Shown here in pieces: positions 39,062 to 49,958 of a stretch of 64,000 nt of DNA. Source of the DNA: an uncultured delta proteobacterium (lineage in GTDB: Bacteria; Desulfobacterota; Binatia; UBA9968); NCBI GenBank assembly GCA_963745835.1, contig CAVUZH010000013.1, positions 448,001-512,000 on the forward strand, read 5' to 3'. Numbering within the stretch: position 1 is the first letter of the stretch; each line of letters starts with the position of its first letter. The notes under the pieces are model-generated. The model was not told the DNA's origin. It saw nothing but the letters and a program-made list of their open reading frames with translations, and made no database searches. A program made the position numbers and the translations under genes.

Positions 39062-41131
39062 ATGGCGAAGTACCGAGTAACCGTCGATACCGGAGGAACA
39101 TTTTCCGACTTTGTCTTTTTTAACGAAGAGACCGGCGAAATCAGCATCACCAAGTTGCCGTCAACGCCACGGGAACCATTTCAAGCGGTGTTAAACGGCG
39201 TCAAGGAATTACTCGAACGCGGAGTGGCGGCCCAAGATGTTTCATTTTTCTGCCATGGTACCACCGTCGGCACCAATGCGCTCCTCGAAGAAAAAGGCGC
39301 CAAGACCGGCTTGCTCGTGACCCAGGGCTTTCGTGGCATTTATGAAGTGATGGAGCAAACCCGAGGTTATGGCCCCGCCACCTACGATTTATTTTTTGAA
39401 AAGCCGCGGCTCCTGGCTCCGCCCTTTTATACCGAAGAAGTTCCCGAACGGGTCGACTTTCGCGGCAACGCGTTAAAACCCATCGACGTCGAAGCCGCGC
39501 GCCAAGCGATCAGCCGCTTGAAGAAAAAAGGCGTGCAGTCCGTGGCGGTATGCTTCTTGTTTTCATTTTTAAATCCGGATCATGAGCTCAAGATCAAAGA
39601 GCTCTTCGCCGCAGAATTTCCCCAGGCGCAGCTGTCGCTTTCGTATGAAGTGCTGCCGCAGATTCGCGAGTTCTATCGAATGAGCACCACCATCATCAAC
39701 GCCTACATCCAGCCGGTGATGGCCAACTATTTGGGCAGTCTTGAGAAGCGCATGCGTGAAATGGGGATCACCACGCCCAAGCTCTATATCATGCAATCCA
39801 ACGGCGGCGTTTCGACGTTTGCAGGCTCAGCCAAAAAGCCGGTGGCTACGGTTCTTTCCGGTCCCGCCGGCGGCGTCATCGCTTCAATGGGAACTTGCGA
39901 GCGCGTTGGCATCAACAACATCATCACCTTCGACATGGGCGGTACCAGCTGTGACGTCGCGTTGATTCATCAGGGCAATCCGGTCATCACGACTCAAGGG
40001 AAAATCAATTTGCGGCCAATCGCGCTGCCGATGCTCGATATTCACACAGTCAGCGCCGGCGGCGGCACCATCGCCCGGCTTGACGCGGTTGGCGGTTTAC
40101 AGGTCGGCCCGGATAGCGCCGGCGCCGATCCGGGCCCGGTCTGCTACGACCGTGGCGGCGAAAATATTACCATCACTGATGCCAACATGGTGATCGGTGT
40201 TTTGGACCCTGAACACTTTCTCGGCGGCCGCATGAAGCTTAATAAAGCAAAAGCCCAGCGTCTGCTCGAGGAAAGAATCGCCAAACCTTTGACAATGGAT
40301 TTGATGGAAGCAGCCCACGGGGTACTCGACATCATCAATGCCAAGATGGAAGAGGCGATCAAGGCAGTATCGTCCCAGCGGGGTTATGACATTCGCGATT
40401 TTACTCTAGTCGCCTTTGGCGGCGGCGGGCCCATGCATGCTGGCAGGATGGCTCTGGATTTAGGCATTACTTCGGTGCTGATTCCGCTCACGCCTGGCGT
40501 TCATTCAGCGCTGGGCTTGCTCATGTCCGATGTCAAGCATGACTACGTCCGCTCCAAATTAGTCGGTCTCGATGATCTGGATTTGGACGAGATCAATCGG
40601 ATGTTCGGCCAGCTCATCGATCAAGCAAAAGGCGATCTTCACGGCGAGGGTTTTGGCGACAGCGAAATCAAAATGGAACCCTATCTGGATCTACGCTACG
40701 CCGGTCAGGGTTACGAGCTGACCGTTCCCTGTCCCATGCCGCCGCTGACCAAGGACGACTTAACGCTGATGCGGGCTCGCTTCGATACCGTCCACGAGCA
40801 AAACTCCGGGCATAAAGCCGAGACCGAGCCGGTCGAACTGGTGAGCCTTCGGTTGATTTCACTTGGCATCGTTCCTCAGGCCAAGCTTTCACCCGGTAAA
40901 GTTTCCGGCCGCACGGTCGAACAAGCAACGACGGGAACGCGAAAAGTATTTTTTGGCAAGCAGCACGGGATGTTGAACACCCAGGTATATAGCCGGGAGG
41001 CGCTCGAACCGGGTCACAGGCTCAGCGGTCCGGCAATTGTCGAGCAGTTGGATACGACAACCGTCATTCACCCGGAGCAGGAAGTCACGGTCGACGATTA
41101 CCGAAACCTAATCATGAGAAACAAGCAGTAA
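39062..41131 (+). CDS. hyuA: Hydantoinase A / 5-oxoprolinase ATP-binding subunit
   Basis: VDTGGTFSD, HGTT, SGPAGG, DMGGTS, SAGADPGP, FGGGGPMH, DLRYAGQ. Confidence 0.9.
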   Translation: MAKYRVTVDTGGTFSDFVFFNEETGEISITKLPSTPREPFQAVLNGVKELLERGVAAQDVSFFCHGTTVGTNALLEEKGAKTGLLVTQGFRGIYEVMEQTRGYGPATYDLFFEKPRLLAPPFYTEEVPERVDFRGNALKPIDVEAARQAISRLKKKGVQSVAVCFLFSFLNPDHELKIKELFAAEFPQAQLSLSYEVLPQIREFYRMSTTIINAYIQPVMANYLGSLEKRMREMGITTPKLYIMQSNGGVSTFAGSAKKPVATVLSGPAGGVIASMGTCERVGINNIITFDMGGTSCDVALIHQGNPVITTQGKINLRPIALPMLDIHTVSAGGGTIARLDAVGGLQVGPDSAGADPGPVCYDRGGENITITDANMVIGVLDPEHFLGGRMKLNKAKAQRLLEERIAKPLTMDLMEAAHGVLDIINAKMEEAIKAVSSQRGYDIRDFTLVAFGGGGPMHAGRMALDLGITSVLIPLTPGVHSALGLLMSDVKHDYVRSKLVGLDDLDLDEINRMFGQLIDQAKGDLHGEGFGDSEIKMEPYLDLRYAGQGYELTVPCPMPPLTKDDLTLMRARFDTVHEQNSGHKAETEPVELVSLRLISLGIVPQAKLSPGKVSGRTVEQATTGTRKVFFGKQHGMLNTQVYSREALEPGHRLSGPAIVEQLDTTTVIHPEQEVTVDDYRNLIMRNKQ

Positions 41132-41143
41132 TAAGGCTCCGAC

Positions 41144-41212
41144 GACTGGAACCACTTGAACCATTTGAACTACTAATTCCATCAGTTTCAGTGAGTCCAA
41201 TCGTTCCAGCCG
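41144..41212. repeat. Short (G/T)GAAC 9-mer repeats with inverted copies
   Basis: GACTGGAAC CACTTGAAC CATTTGAAC followed by inverted GTCCAATCGTTCCAGCC. Confidence 0.5.
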
Positions 41213-41224
41213 GATCTACTAGCA

Positions 41225-42973
41225 ATGAGTTCGAAATCTATGAATGTTGATCCAGTAACCCTGCAAGTGATTCAGGCACGTTTGGCCGGCATCGTCCAGG
41301 AGATGCAAAATTCACTCTTTCGCACAGGCTATTCAACGATCATCCGCGAATCCCAAGACGCCAGCTGCGCGATCTTGAATCGCCAGGGCGAAGTCGTCGC
41401 CCAGCATGTGGTATTGCCGCTGCACATGGGCGCATTTCCCGCCTGCGCCGCAGGCATTTTAAAAAATTACAGCGCTGAGGAAATTCACCAAGGTGATGCC
41501 TTCATTACCAATCACCCATATCTCGGCGGCAGCCCTCACGCTCCCGACATGGCGGTGCTGTCGCCAATTTTCTTCCACGACGAGTGGGTCGGTTTTGCGG
41601 CAAATCTCGCGCATAAAAGCGACATTGGCGGTCCCGTGCCGGGAAGCTGCTGGAGCCAGGCTCGAGAGATCTATCAAGAAGGTCTGCACGTTCCGCCGAT
41701 CAAGTTCGTTCACAGATATCAAACCAGTAAAGACATCGAAGCCGTTCTCGGCGCCAACAGCCGCACTCCGGAGCTGGTGGTTGGAGACCTGCGCGGCCAA
41801 GTCGGCGCCGCGCGGCTTGGCGAAAATCGCTTCCAAGAGATGATGGAGCGCTACGGCAAAGAAACGATCCTAAGCTCGTTCGAGCAACTGTTTGCATTGA
41901 CTGAAGCCAAGGTGCGCGCGGAAATCGCCTCCTGGCCCGATGGCACCGGCGAGGGCGAGCGATTCGTCGACAGCGATGGGATCGATCTCGATACGCCCGT
42001 GCGCCTGCATGTGCGCATGGAAAAGAAGGGTCAGGACCTGCTCTTTGACTTTACCGGTTGCGCCGACCAAACCAGAGGTCCGGCGAATATTCGGCCGACC
42101 ATTGTGCGCGCGGCCTGCTGCTATCTTCTCACCTGTCTGGTGGATCCAGCGCTGGCCATCAACTATGGATTGGCAAAGGTCATCAATATCAAAGTTCGCG
42201 AAGGCAGCGTCGTCAACCCGCGCTTTCCCGCGCCGGTAAACACTTATAACCCGACCGTCCATGCGTTGGTGGAATCATTACTGGAAGCGTCAAGCCAGAT
42301 CACGCCCCATAAAAAGGTGGGCGACGGCTGCAGCAGCCGGTCCATCATTATCGGCGGACGCAGTAATAAAACCGGCAAAGGTTACGTGCAGTATGAAATC
42401 TTCGGCGGCGGCTCTGGCGGCCGCAGCGGCAAAGACGGCGTCTCCGGCACCAATGTCAATCAATCCAACGCCAAGATCGCGCCGATTGAAATCATCGAGT
42501 CCGAGTTCTCTACACGTTTGCGAAGATTCCAGCTGATCCCCGATTCGGGCGGCCCCGGAACATTTCGCGGCGGCTTGGGGTTTGTCCGAGAATACGAAGT
42601 CTTGGACAATGACGCGCGTTTCTCCCTGCGATCGACCAAACACACGGTCGCCCCTAAAGGCATTGACGGCGGCGCCAATGGCAAGACCGGTCATTGCACG
42701 TTGAATCCAGGCAAGCCAGACGAGCGGGCGATCCCGTCGCGCTTCTCGGACTACGTACTGCATCCGGGCGATGTTTTTAGCCTGGAAACGCCCGGCGGTG
42801 GCGGACTCGGCGATCCGTTGCAAAGAGATCCTCAACGAGTTCTCGGCGATGTGCGCAACGGTTATGTGACCCGAGAAAAGGCGCGAGAAGTTTACCGAGT
42901 GGCCGTTGATGAAAAAGACAGCGACTTCATCCTCAATGAAGCCGAAACACGCGCGCTACGGAGATCGCGCTAG
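41225..42973 (+). CDS. hyuB: Hydantoinase B / oxoprolinase catalytic subunit (copy 1)
   Basis: STIIRESQD, NHPYLGGSPH.PD, HKSDIGG, EIYQEG, DSGGPG.FRGG, GGGGLGDP. Confidence 0.9.
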   Translation: MSSKSMNVDPVTLQVIQARLAGIVQEMQNSLFRTGYSTIIRESQDASCAILNRQGEVVAQHVVLPLHMGAFPACAAGILKNYSAEEIHQGDAFITNHPYLGGSPHAPDMAVLSPIFFHDEWVGFAANLAHKSDIGGPVPGSCWSQAREIYQEGLHVPPIKFVHRYQTSKDIEAVLGANSRTPELVVGDLRGQVGAARLGENRFQEMMERYGKETILSSFEQLFALTEAKVRAEIASWPDGTGEGERFVDSDGIDLDTPVRLHVRMEKKGQDLLFDFTGCADQTRGPANIRPTIVRAACCYLLTCLVDPALAINYGLAKVINIKVREGSVVNPRFPAPVNTYNPTVHALVESLLEASSQITPHKKVGDGCSSRSIIIGGRSNKTGKGYVQYEIFGGGSGGRSGKDGVSGTNVNQSNAKIAPIEIIESEFSTRLRRFQLIPDSGGPGTFRGGLGFVREYEVLDNDARFSLRSTKHTVAPKGIDGGANGKTGHCTLNPGKPDERAIPSRFSDYVLHPGDVFSLETPGGGGLGDPLQRDPQRVLGDVRNGYVTREKAREVYRVAVDEKDSDFILNEAETRALRRSR

Positions 42974-43001
42974 CTGTGCCAATGTTCACCGACAGCTCGG
43001 G

Positions 43002-43073
43002 GATTGGAACTGTTGGAACGCTGGAACGTAACGCCGCAAATTGCAAACGTTAAAATCGTTCGAGACGGTCCGG
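43002..43073. repeat. Short TGGAAC repeats with degenerate inverted copies
   Basis: GATTGGAAC TGTTGGAAC GCTGGAAC followed by GTTAAAATCGTTCGAG. Confidence 0.5.
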
Positions 43074-43104
43074 CTCTAATCGCACCGGCGGCTAACTGAT
43101 ACTC

Positions 43105-44784
43105 ATGGTCGATCCGATCACTCTCCAAGTCATCCAGGCGCGGCTTGCAGGCATCGTTCAGGAGATGCAAAATTCGCTGTTTCGGACCGGTTATTCCACC
43201 ATCATCCGCGAGTCACAAGACGCCAGTTGCGCGGTCTTAAATCGCCAGGGCGAAGTGGTCGCGCAACATGTTGTGCTGCCGCTTCACATGGGCGCGTTTC
43301 CAGCTTGCGCCGAAGCAATATTAAAGACCTATGCGCCCGCTGAGATTCAGGAGGGGGACGCCTACATCACCAACCACCCCTATCTCGGCGGTAGCCCGCA
43401 TGCCCCGGATATGGGCGTGTTCACGCCGATTTTTTATAAGGGAGAATGGGTCGGCTTTACCGCGAATATGGCGCATAAGAGCGACATCGGCGGGACGGTG
43501 CCGGGAAGCGGTTCCGGCAGTGCGCGTGAAATCTACCAAGAGGGGCTTCATCTGCCGCCGATAAAGTTGATGTCGCGGCTGCGGTCGATCCAAGAGATCG
43601 AGGCCATAATCGCTGCCAACAGCCGTACTCCCGGGGTGGTCATTGGCGATTTGCGCGGCCAAGTCGGAGCAGCCCGCCTGGGTGAGCGCAGAATCGCCGA
43701 GCTCATGGAGCGTTACGGCAAACAAACCATACTGGACTGTACCGCCGTCCTTTCATCGAACACAGAAAAGCGCGTTCGCCAGGCGATCGAAAGATGGCCT
43801 GACGGCGAATCCCAAGGCGAAAGCTTTGTCGATCACGACGGCATCGATTTAACCCGTCCGATCCGCATTCATGTGAAAGTAAAAAAGACCGGCGATAGGA
43901 TTCACTTCGATTTCAGCGGCAGCAGCGATCAAACTCAGGGTCCGGCCAATATACGGCCGCCGCTTGTGCGCGCCGCATGCGTCTACTGTCTGGTGGCGCT
44001 GGTTGACCGTTTTTTGCCGATCAATCAGGGTCTCACGCGAGTGGTGGAGACAACATTTCGCGCCGGCAGTGTCGTCGATCCCTACTTCCCCGCATCGGTG
44101 AACACCTACATGCCGACCGCGTTGACAGTGGCCGAAGCCGTCCTTAGGGCGCTGGCGGCATTCGTTCCCGAAAAGCGGATTTCGGGCGGATCGGGAAGCG
44201 CCGCGCTGGTGCTAGGCGGGCGCGATGCTCAGACCCAGCGGTCCTACGTACACTACGAGATCTTCAGCGGCGGCACCGGAGCGCGCTGGAGCAAAGACGG
44301 CGTATCCGCAACGGCATTTCACCTGAGCAACTGCAAGACCGCGCCTGTCGAAATCATCGAATCGGAGTTTCCCACCCGCGTCGAGCGATTTGAAATGATA
44401 CCGGACTCAGGCGGCGCCGGCCGATGGCGCGGCGGTTTGGGCTTTGCGCGCGACTATCGGATCCTAACCGACGAGGTTCGCTTTTCAATGCGCACCGACA
44501 AACATGCCATAGCGCCCTTCGGCAGCGACAACGGATTGTCCGGCGCCCAGGGCTCCTGCATCGTCAATCCCGATACCGATAAAGAAACGCGCTTGCCATC
44601 ACGCTTTGGCGATCAGAGGCTCAACAACGGGGATCTCTTGCGGGTCGAGCGTCCCGGCGGCGGCGGACTCGGAAATCCCTTGGATCGCGCAGCCGAACAA
44701 GTACTGGAAGACGTGCGCCAAGGTTATGTGTCAGTCGAGCGCGCTAAGTCCGACTACAAGGTGGTCGATCAGTTACAGCGATAG
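43105..44784 (+). CDS. hyuB: Hydantoinase B / oxoprolinase catalytic subunit (copy 2)
   Basis: Same motifs as copy 1, with a near-identical N-terminal region. Confidence 0.9.
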   Translation: MVDPITLQVIQARLAGIVQEMQNSLFRTGYSTIIRESQDASCAVLNRQGEVVAQHVVLPLHMGAFPACAEAILKTYAPAEIQEGDAYITNHPYLGGSPHAPDMGVFTPIFYKGEWVGFTANMAHKSDIGGTVPGSGSGSAREIYQEGLHLPPIKLMSRLRSIQEIEAIIAANSRTPGVVIGDLRGQVGAARLGERRIAELMERYGKQTILDCTAVLSSNTEKRVRQAIERWPDGESQGESFVDHDGIDLTRPIRIHVKVKKTGDRIHFDFSGSSDQTQGPANIRPPLVRAACVYCLVALVDRFLPINQGLTRVVETTFRAGSVVDPYFPASVNTYMPTALTVAEAVLRALAAFVPEKRISGGSGSAALVLGGRDAQTQRSYVHYEIFSGGTGARWSKDGVSATAFHLSNCKTAPVEIIESEFPTRVERFEMIPDSGGAGRWRGGLGFARDYRILTDEVRFSMRTDKHAIAPFGSDNGLSGAQGSCIVNPDTDKETRLPSRFGDQRLNNGDLLRVERPGGGGLGNPLDRAAEQVLEDVRQGYVSVERAKSDYKVVDQLQR

Positions 44785-44911
44785 CCGAGCCCTGCTTAGA
44801 TCGGGGCGAAACAGCAAGTTCTTCGAGGGAAATTGTAAAAAAATAAGTAGCAAAAATGGTCGGGCCTCTGGTATAAGCACTTTAATACGTGCGCCCCTTG
44901 AAGGAGGAAAA

Positions 44912-45187
44912 ATGGCGACAGCAAAGAAAAAGACCCGCAAACCGAATGCAGCGTTTATGAAACCCGTACAACCGGATGCAGCATTGAGCACGGTCGTCGG
45001 GACAAAAGCTATCCCTCGCACCGAGGTAACCAAAAAGCTTTGGGCCTATATTAAGAAGAATGGGCTCCAAGACAAAAAGAAAAAAACCAATATCAACGCC
45101 GACGACAATCTTAAGGTTGTTTTCGGTGGTAAGAAGCAAGTCACGATGTTTGAGATGACCAAGCTGGTCAGCAAACACCTCAAGTAA
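44912..45187 (+). CDS. Stand-alone SWIB/MDM2 domain protein
   Basis: AFMKP...PRTEVTKKLWAYIKKNGLQD...INAD...MFEMTKLVSKHL; AAGGAGG RBS before ATG 44912. Confidence 0.92.
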   Translation: MATAKKKTRKPNAAFMKPVQPDAALSTVVGTKAIPRTEVTKKLWAYIKKNGLQDKKKKTNINADDNLKVVFGGKKQVTMFEMTKLVSKHLK

Positions 45188-45517
45188 ACAGTCCCTCCTT
45201 ATTTCGCAAGAACATAGTTCGCAGTGATTAAGATCGGTGATTTTTTCATCGATCTTGATCACTGATCGAATGCTGCGGCTTCCTGGTTTCGGCTAACGAC
45301 CTAATGGGCCGAGACTGACTGTTGTCTGTTTTCAGGCAACCTGATCATCAGCTCCCCGCTGTCATCTACAGCAGAGCCTTCTTTGTCTTCTGGGAATAGC
45401 AAAGCATCACGATCATCTAACAGGCTTCGCGCAACTCTCTCAGCGAGGTCACTTATCAAGGCGACTCGGCGGATTCGCTCGCTAAGGCGACCGAGATGCA
45501 CGGAAACAGCCTTATCG

Positions 45518-46946
45518 TTATGACCGATGCTGTAGCGCATCGAACAGGTGAAGTTGGCGTGTGTGCCCTTCATCTTCGAAATGAACGGGATAGTTGCCGC
45601 TGAAACACGCGTCGCAGAAACCCTGCCGGTTTCCATCGAAATATTCATACATGCCTTCATTGCTGAGATAGGCGAGAGTGTCGGCTTCGATAAAGCGGCG
45701 GATCTCTTCCAGTGAACTGGATGATGCAATCAGTTCGGTACGGGTCGGCGTGTCGATACCGTAGTAACACGGACCGGTCGTAGCCGGTGAACTGATGCGC
45801 ATGTGAACTTCTTTTGCGCCGGCATCGCGCAGCATGCGAATGATCTTTCGGCTTGTCGTGCCGCGCACGATGGAATCATCAACTACAATGACGCGCTTGC
45901 CGTTAAGAACTTCCCGCTGAGCGTTGAGTTTTATTTTCACCCCGAAATGACGAATGGTTTGCTGCGGCTCGATAAACGTTCGGCCGACATAATGGTTACG
46001 AATCAAGCCGAACTCGAGCGGAATCTTCGATTCCTCGGCATAGCCGATCGCCGCGGGCACACCGGAGTCGGGCACCGGTGTTACGAGATCCGCGTTGACA
46101 GCACTCTCCTTCGCCAGTTGGCGACCCATAGATTTCCGCACATTGTAAACATTGTGACCGTACAGCGGTGCTGTCCGGCCGTGCGAAGTAAATGTATTCG
46201 AAAATGCATTTGGCGTGGGGCACCGGCGGAAATGGCTTTAGCGATTCCATCCCGGCCGGACCGAAAGTAATGATCTCCCCGGGTTCGACCTCGCGCACAT
46301 AGTCCGCCTCGATTAAATCCAGCGCGCAAGTTTCCGAGGCGACGACATAGGATCCACTATTCGGTCCCTCGCGAAATTTTCCTAGAACCAGCGGTCGGAA
46401 GCCATACGGGTCCCGGGCGGCAATCATCCGATCCGGCGTAATGAAGAGCAACGAATAGGCGCCCCGCACGCGGCTGAGCGCTTCAACGATCCGTCCCATG
46501 AGCGAAATCTCTTTGGAGGTGGCGATCAAATGAATAATCACTTCGGTATCGGAAGTCGACTGGAATATCGAGCCTGAGCGTTCGAGCTCATCACGCAAAA
46601 TCGCGCCATTAACCAAGTTGCCGTTATGCGCGATGGCGATGGGGCCCTGCGAATACTCAACGACAAAGGGCTGCGCGTTTTTAAGATGACTTTGGCCTTG
46701 AGTGGAGTAGCGATTGTGGCCTATGGCGCTTTGGCCTTCCAAGCGCTTGATGACATCTTCCTTGAAGACATCGGCGACCAGACCCATTTGCCTGTGTGAA
46801 ATCAGCGCCTTGCCATCTGAAGACACGATACCGCACGACTCCTGACCACGATGTTGCAGCGCATAAAGACCGAGATAGACCATGTTGGCGGCTTCCGGGT
46901 GGCCATAGACGCCCATCACCGCACATTCGTCGTGAAATTTATCCAT
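45518..46946 (-). pseudogene. purF: Amidophosphoribosyltransferase, split by one +1 frameshift (possibly a sequence error)
   Basis: [39 protein letters not shown], then in the next frame [16 protein letters not shown]; extra base near 46166-46168; removing it gives 475 aa. Confidence 0.9.
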
Positions 46947-47026
46947 CAATCCTCGAACAATCCTCGATAGCGTGAAATTCCGGGCTTTTATAACAGTTCG
47001 ACAGCCGCAGTCGCCGAGCCGCTTAC

Positions 47027-49255
47027 TTAAGCCGATCGGCTCAGCGTTGACGACCAAATCACCTGCAGCTCATCCACGGGCAATTGCAAAATCGGTTGAA
47101 TGGAAAATCGCGAACCGCCGACTGCGCCGATGACCTGGAGCGGCACGCCATGCCCGGAGGCAATTTCTTGCAGCTGGCTTAAATCCTTCTCCTGCAAGGA
47201 CACCAGAATCCGCGACTGAGATTCGCTAAACAGTAAAGCGTCGCCGCGGATCATTTCACGCATCTCGAGCTCTAACTCCCAAGGGTTTATCCGGACCGCC
47301 GATACAGCACTCCGCCAATGCTACAGCCAAGCCACCGTCGGATATATCGTGCGCCGAACGGAGGATGCCGCTTTCAATAGCTTCGATACAACAGTTCTGG
47401 ATAGCCTGCTCCAGCTTGAGATCGATCCAAGGCGGTGTGCCTTTAACGATATGATGAATAAGCTTTGAGGTATTCACTACCACCGAGCTCTTCACGCGTG
47501 CGGCCTAGCAGCACCACGATATCACCAGCTGCTTTAAACCAGGGAGTTATGACTCGGTTAACCTTTGGCAGAAGACCGACCATCCCGATGGTTGGCGTTG
47601 GGTAAATGGGAATCCCGTCCGTTTCATTATAGAAACTTACATTACCGCTCACAACCGGCACTTTGAGCGCAACACAGGCGTCGCGCATGCCTTGAATAAC
47701 GCGCGCAAACTGCCACATGACCGCTCGGATTCTCGGGACTGCCAAAGTTTAGACAATCGGTGAGCCCGATCGGCCGGGCGCCGACACAGGCCAGGTTGCG
47801 CGCCGCCTCCGCCACGGCTAGAGCGCCGCCAACGTAGGGATCGAGAAAACAATAACGGCTGTTGCCGTCGACTGTCAGTGCGAGCCCTTTATCCGTCCCT
47901 TTGATGCGAACCACCGCCGCGTCGGCGCCGGGCGCCACAACGGTATTGCTGCGCACGTAACAATCGTATTGCCGATAAACCCATTCCTTAGAAGCAATAT
48001 TGGGCGCAGCCAGCATCAGCTTCAACGTCGCTCCGAGATCTCTCGGCTCTGCGATTGCCGACAAATCCAGTTGCTCGAGGGCGTCTTGACTCTTGGGCCG
48101 CTCGGCGGGCCGGTGATAAACCGGGGCCTCTTTGGTTAAGGCGCTGATCGGGATGCACGCGACTTCGACGCCATTGAACAGAGCGCGAAATCGGTTGTCG
48201 TTGGTCACCTGGCCGACGACCACCGCCTCAAGATCCCATTTGTCAAAAATTCGCTTGATCTCCGCTTCCGTACCCGCTTTGGCAACTAGAAGCATGCGTT
48301 CCTGCGACTCGGACAGCAAAATCTCGTACGGTGTCATTCCCTCTTCACGCAAAGGCACCGCCGATAGATCGAGCTCAATCCCGGCACCGCCGCGACCGGC
48401 CATTTCTGTCGATGAACTGGTCAATCCAGCGGCGCCCATATCTTGAATACCGATCAGGTAATCGTGCTCCATCAACTCCAAACACGCTTCCAAAAGAAGC
48501 TTTTCAGTGAATGGATCGCCGACTTGTACCGTGGGTCGCCGCTGCTCTTTTTCCTCGGAGAACGATTCAGAGGCCATGGTCGCGCCGTGAATGCCGTCGC
48601 GGCCGGTCTTGGAGCCGACATACATCACCGGGTTGCCGGAGCCCTTCGCCACCCCGGTGTGAATGCGCTTCTTCTTGGTGATTCCTAACGTGAACGCGTT
48701 GACCACAATGTTGGCGTCATAGCATTCGTCGAAGTAAACCTCGCCCCCTACGGTGGGCACGCCAATGCAGTTGCCATAGCCGCCGATGCCCGCCACCACG
48801 CCGGAAACTAAATACCGCGTGCGCGGATGATCGATGCGGCCAAACCGCAACGAATTCAATGAGGCGATGGGCCGGGCGCCCATGGTAAAAATGTCCCGCA
48901 AGATACCGCCGACTCCGGTAGCCGCCCCTTGATAGGGTTCAATAAAAGATGGATGGTTGTGGCTTTCCATCTTGAATGCCACTGCCAAACCATCGCCGAT
49001 ATCGACCACCCCGGCGTTTTCACCGGGCCCCTGCAGAACATGCGGCGCTTCAGTGGGCAGGCTCTTTAAGTATTGGCGCGAGCTCTTGTAGCTACAGTGC
49101 TCCGACCACATAACCGAGAACACGCCGAGTTCGGTATAGTTAGGTTCTCGTCCGAGAATCTGAATAATTTTCTGGTACTCATCCGGCGTGATTCCATGGC
49201 TCACAACCAGCTCAGCAGTAACCTGTGGCTGCTTAGAAACGCTCTGATCAACCAT
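47027..49255 (-). pseudogene. purL: FGAM synthase subunit PurL, split by three +1 frameshifts (possibly sequence errors)
   Basis: [34 protein letters not shown] / GNVSFYNE / SAHDISDGG / LFSESQSR in four successive segments; removing 3 bases gives 741 aa. Confidence 0.9.
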
Positions 49256-49958
49256 GCGCGGCGCTCTTTGAATCGCAGGCGGCCGCAATCGAGGAGAAAA
49301 TCTTCAGTCCGTCATCGCTGCCGAGGAGCTTGTTGCAGGCATCTTCCGGATGGGGCATCAACCCGAAGACGTTGCGCCTTTCATTGCAGACGCCGGCGAT
49401 GTCATCCACCGAGCCATTGGGGTTGGCAGCCGGCGAAGTTTTTCCTTTCGCATTAACGTAGCGAAAGAGAACCTGGCGATTCCGCTGTAATCGCTCTAAA
49501 GTCAGTTCATCGGCGTGATAACGTCCTTCGCCGTGCTTGACCGGGATTTTTAGCAGCTGCCCTTTTTTTAGCTGAGAAGTAAACGGCGCGTCGGTCTCTT
49601 CCACCCGCAGCCAGGTTTGTTGACAAACGAACTTCAGGCCGGCATTGCGCACCAGCGCTCCGGGGAGCAGTCCCGCTTCACAGAGGATTTGGAAGCCGTT
49701 GCAAATGCCGAGCACGATGCCGCCTTCTTGAGCGAATTTCTCAACGCCGCGCATGATCGGTGAAAAACGCGCCACGGCGCCGCAGCGGAGATAATCGCCA
49801 TAGGAAAAGCCTCCCGGGAGCACCAGACAATCGAAATGTCCGGCAAGCTCATCCTTGTGCCAAAGAAACTTGACCTTCTGGCCCATCTCTCGTTTGAGAC
49901 TATCGAAAACATCCTGATCATCGCACGAGCCTGGAAAAACAATCACACCCCAACGCAC
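49248..49958 (-). CDS. purQ: FGAM synthase glutaminase subunit PurQ
   Basis: [33 protein letters not shown]; GAGGAG RBS before GTG. Confidence 0.95.
   Translation of the reverse strand: MRWGVIVFPGSCDDQDVFDSLKREMGQKVKFLWHKDELAGHFDCLVLPGGFSYGDYLRCGAVARFSPIMRGVEKFAQEGGIVLGICNGFQILCEAGLLPGALVRNAGLKFVCQQTWLRVEETDAPFTSQLKKGQLLKIPVKHGEGRYHADELTLERLQRNRQVLFRYVNAKGKTSPAANPNGSVDDIAGVCNERRNVFGLMPHPEDACNKLLGSDDGLKIFSSIAAACDSKSAAHG

Noticed and set aside
41144-41170. Short repeats considered as a CRISPR array
   Set aside because: Units are 9 nt with no spacers, and there are no cas genes.
45301-45517. Possible small gene downstream of purF
   Set aside because: No clear RBS or family motif; cannot be supported.
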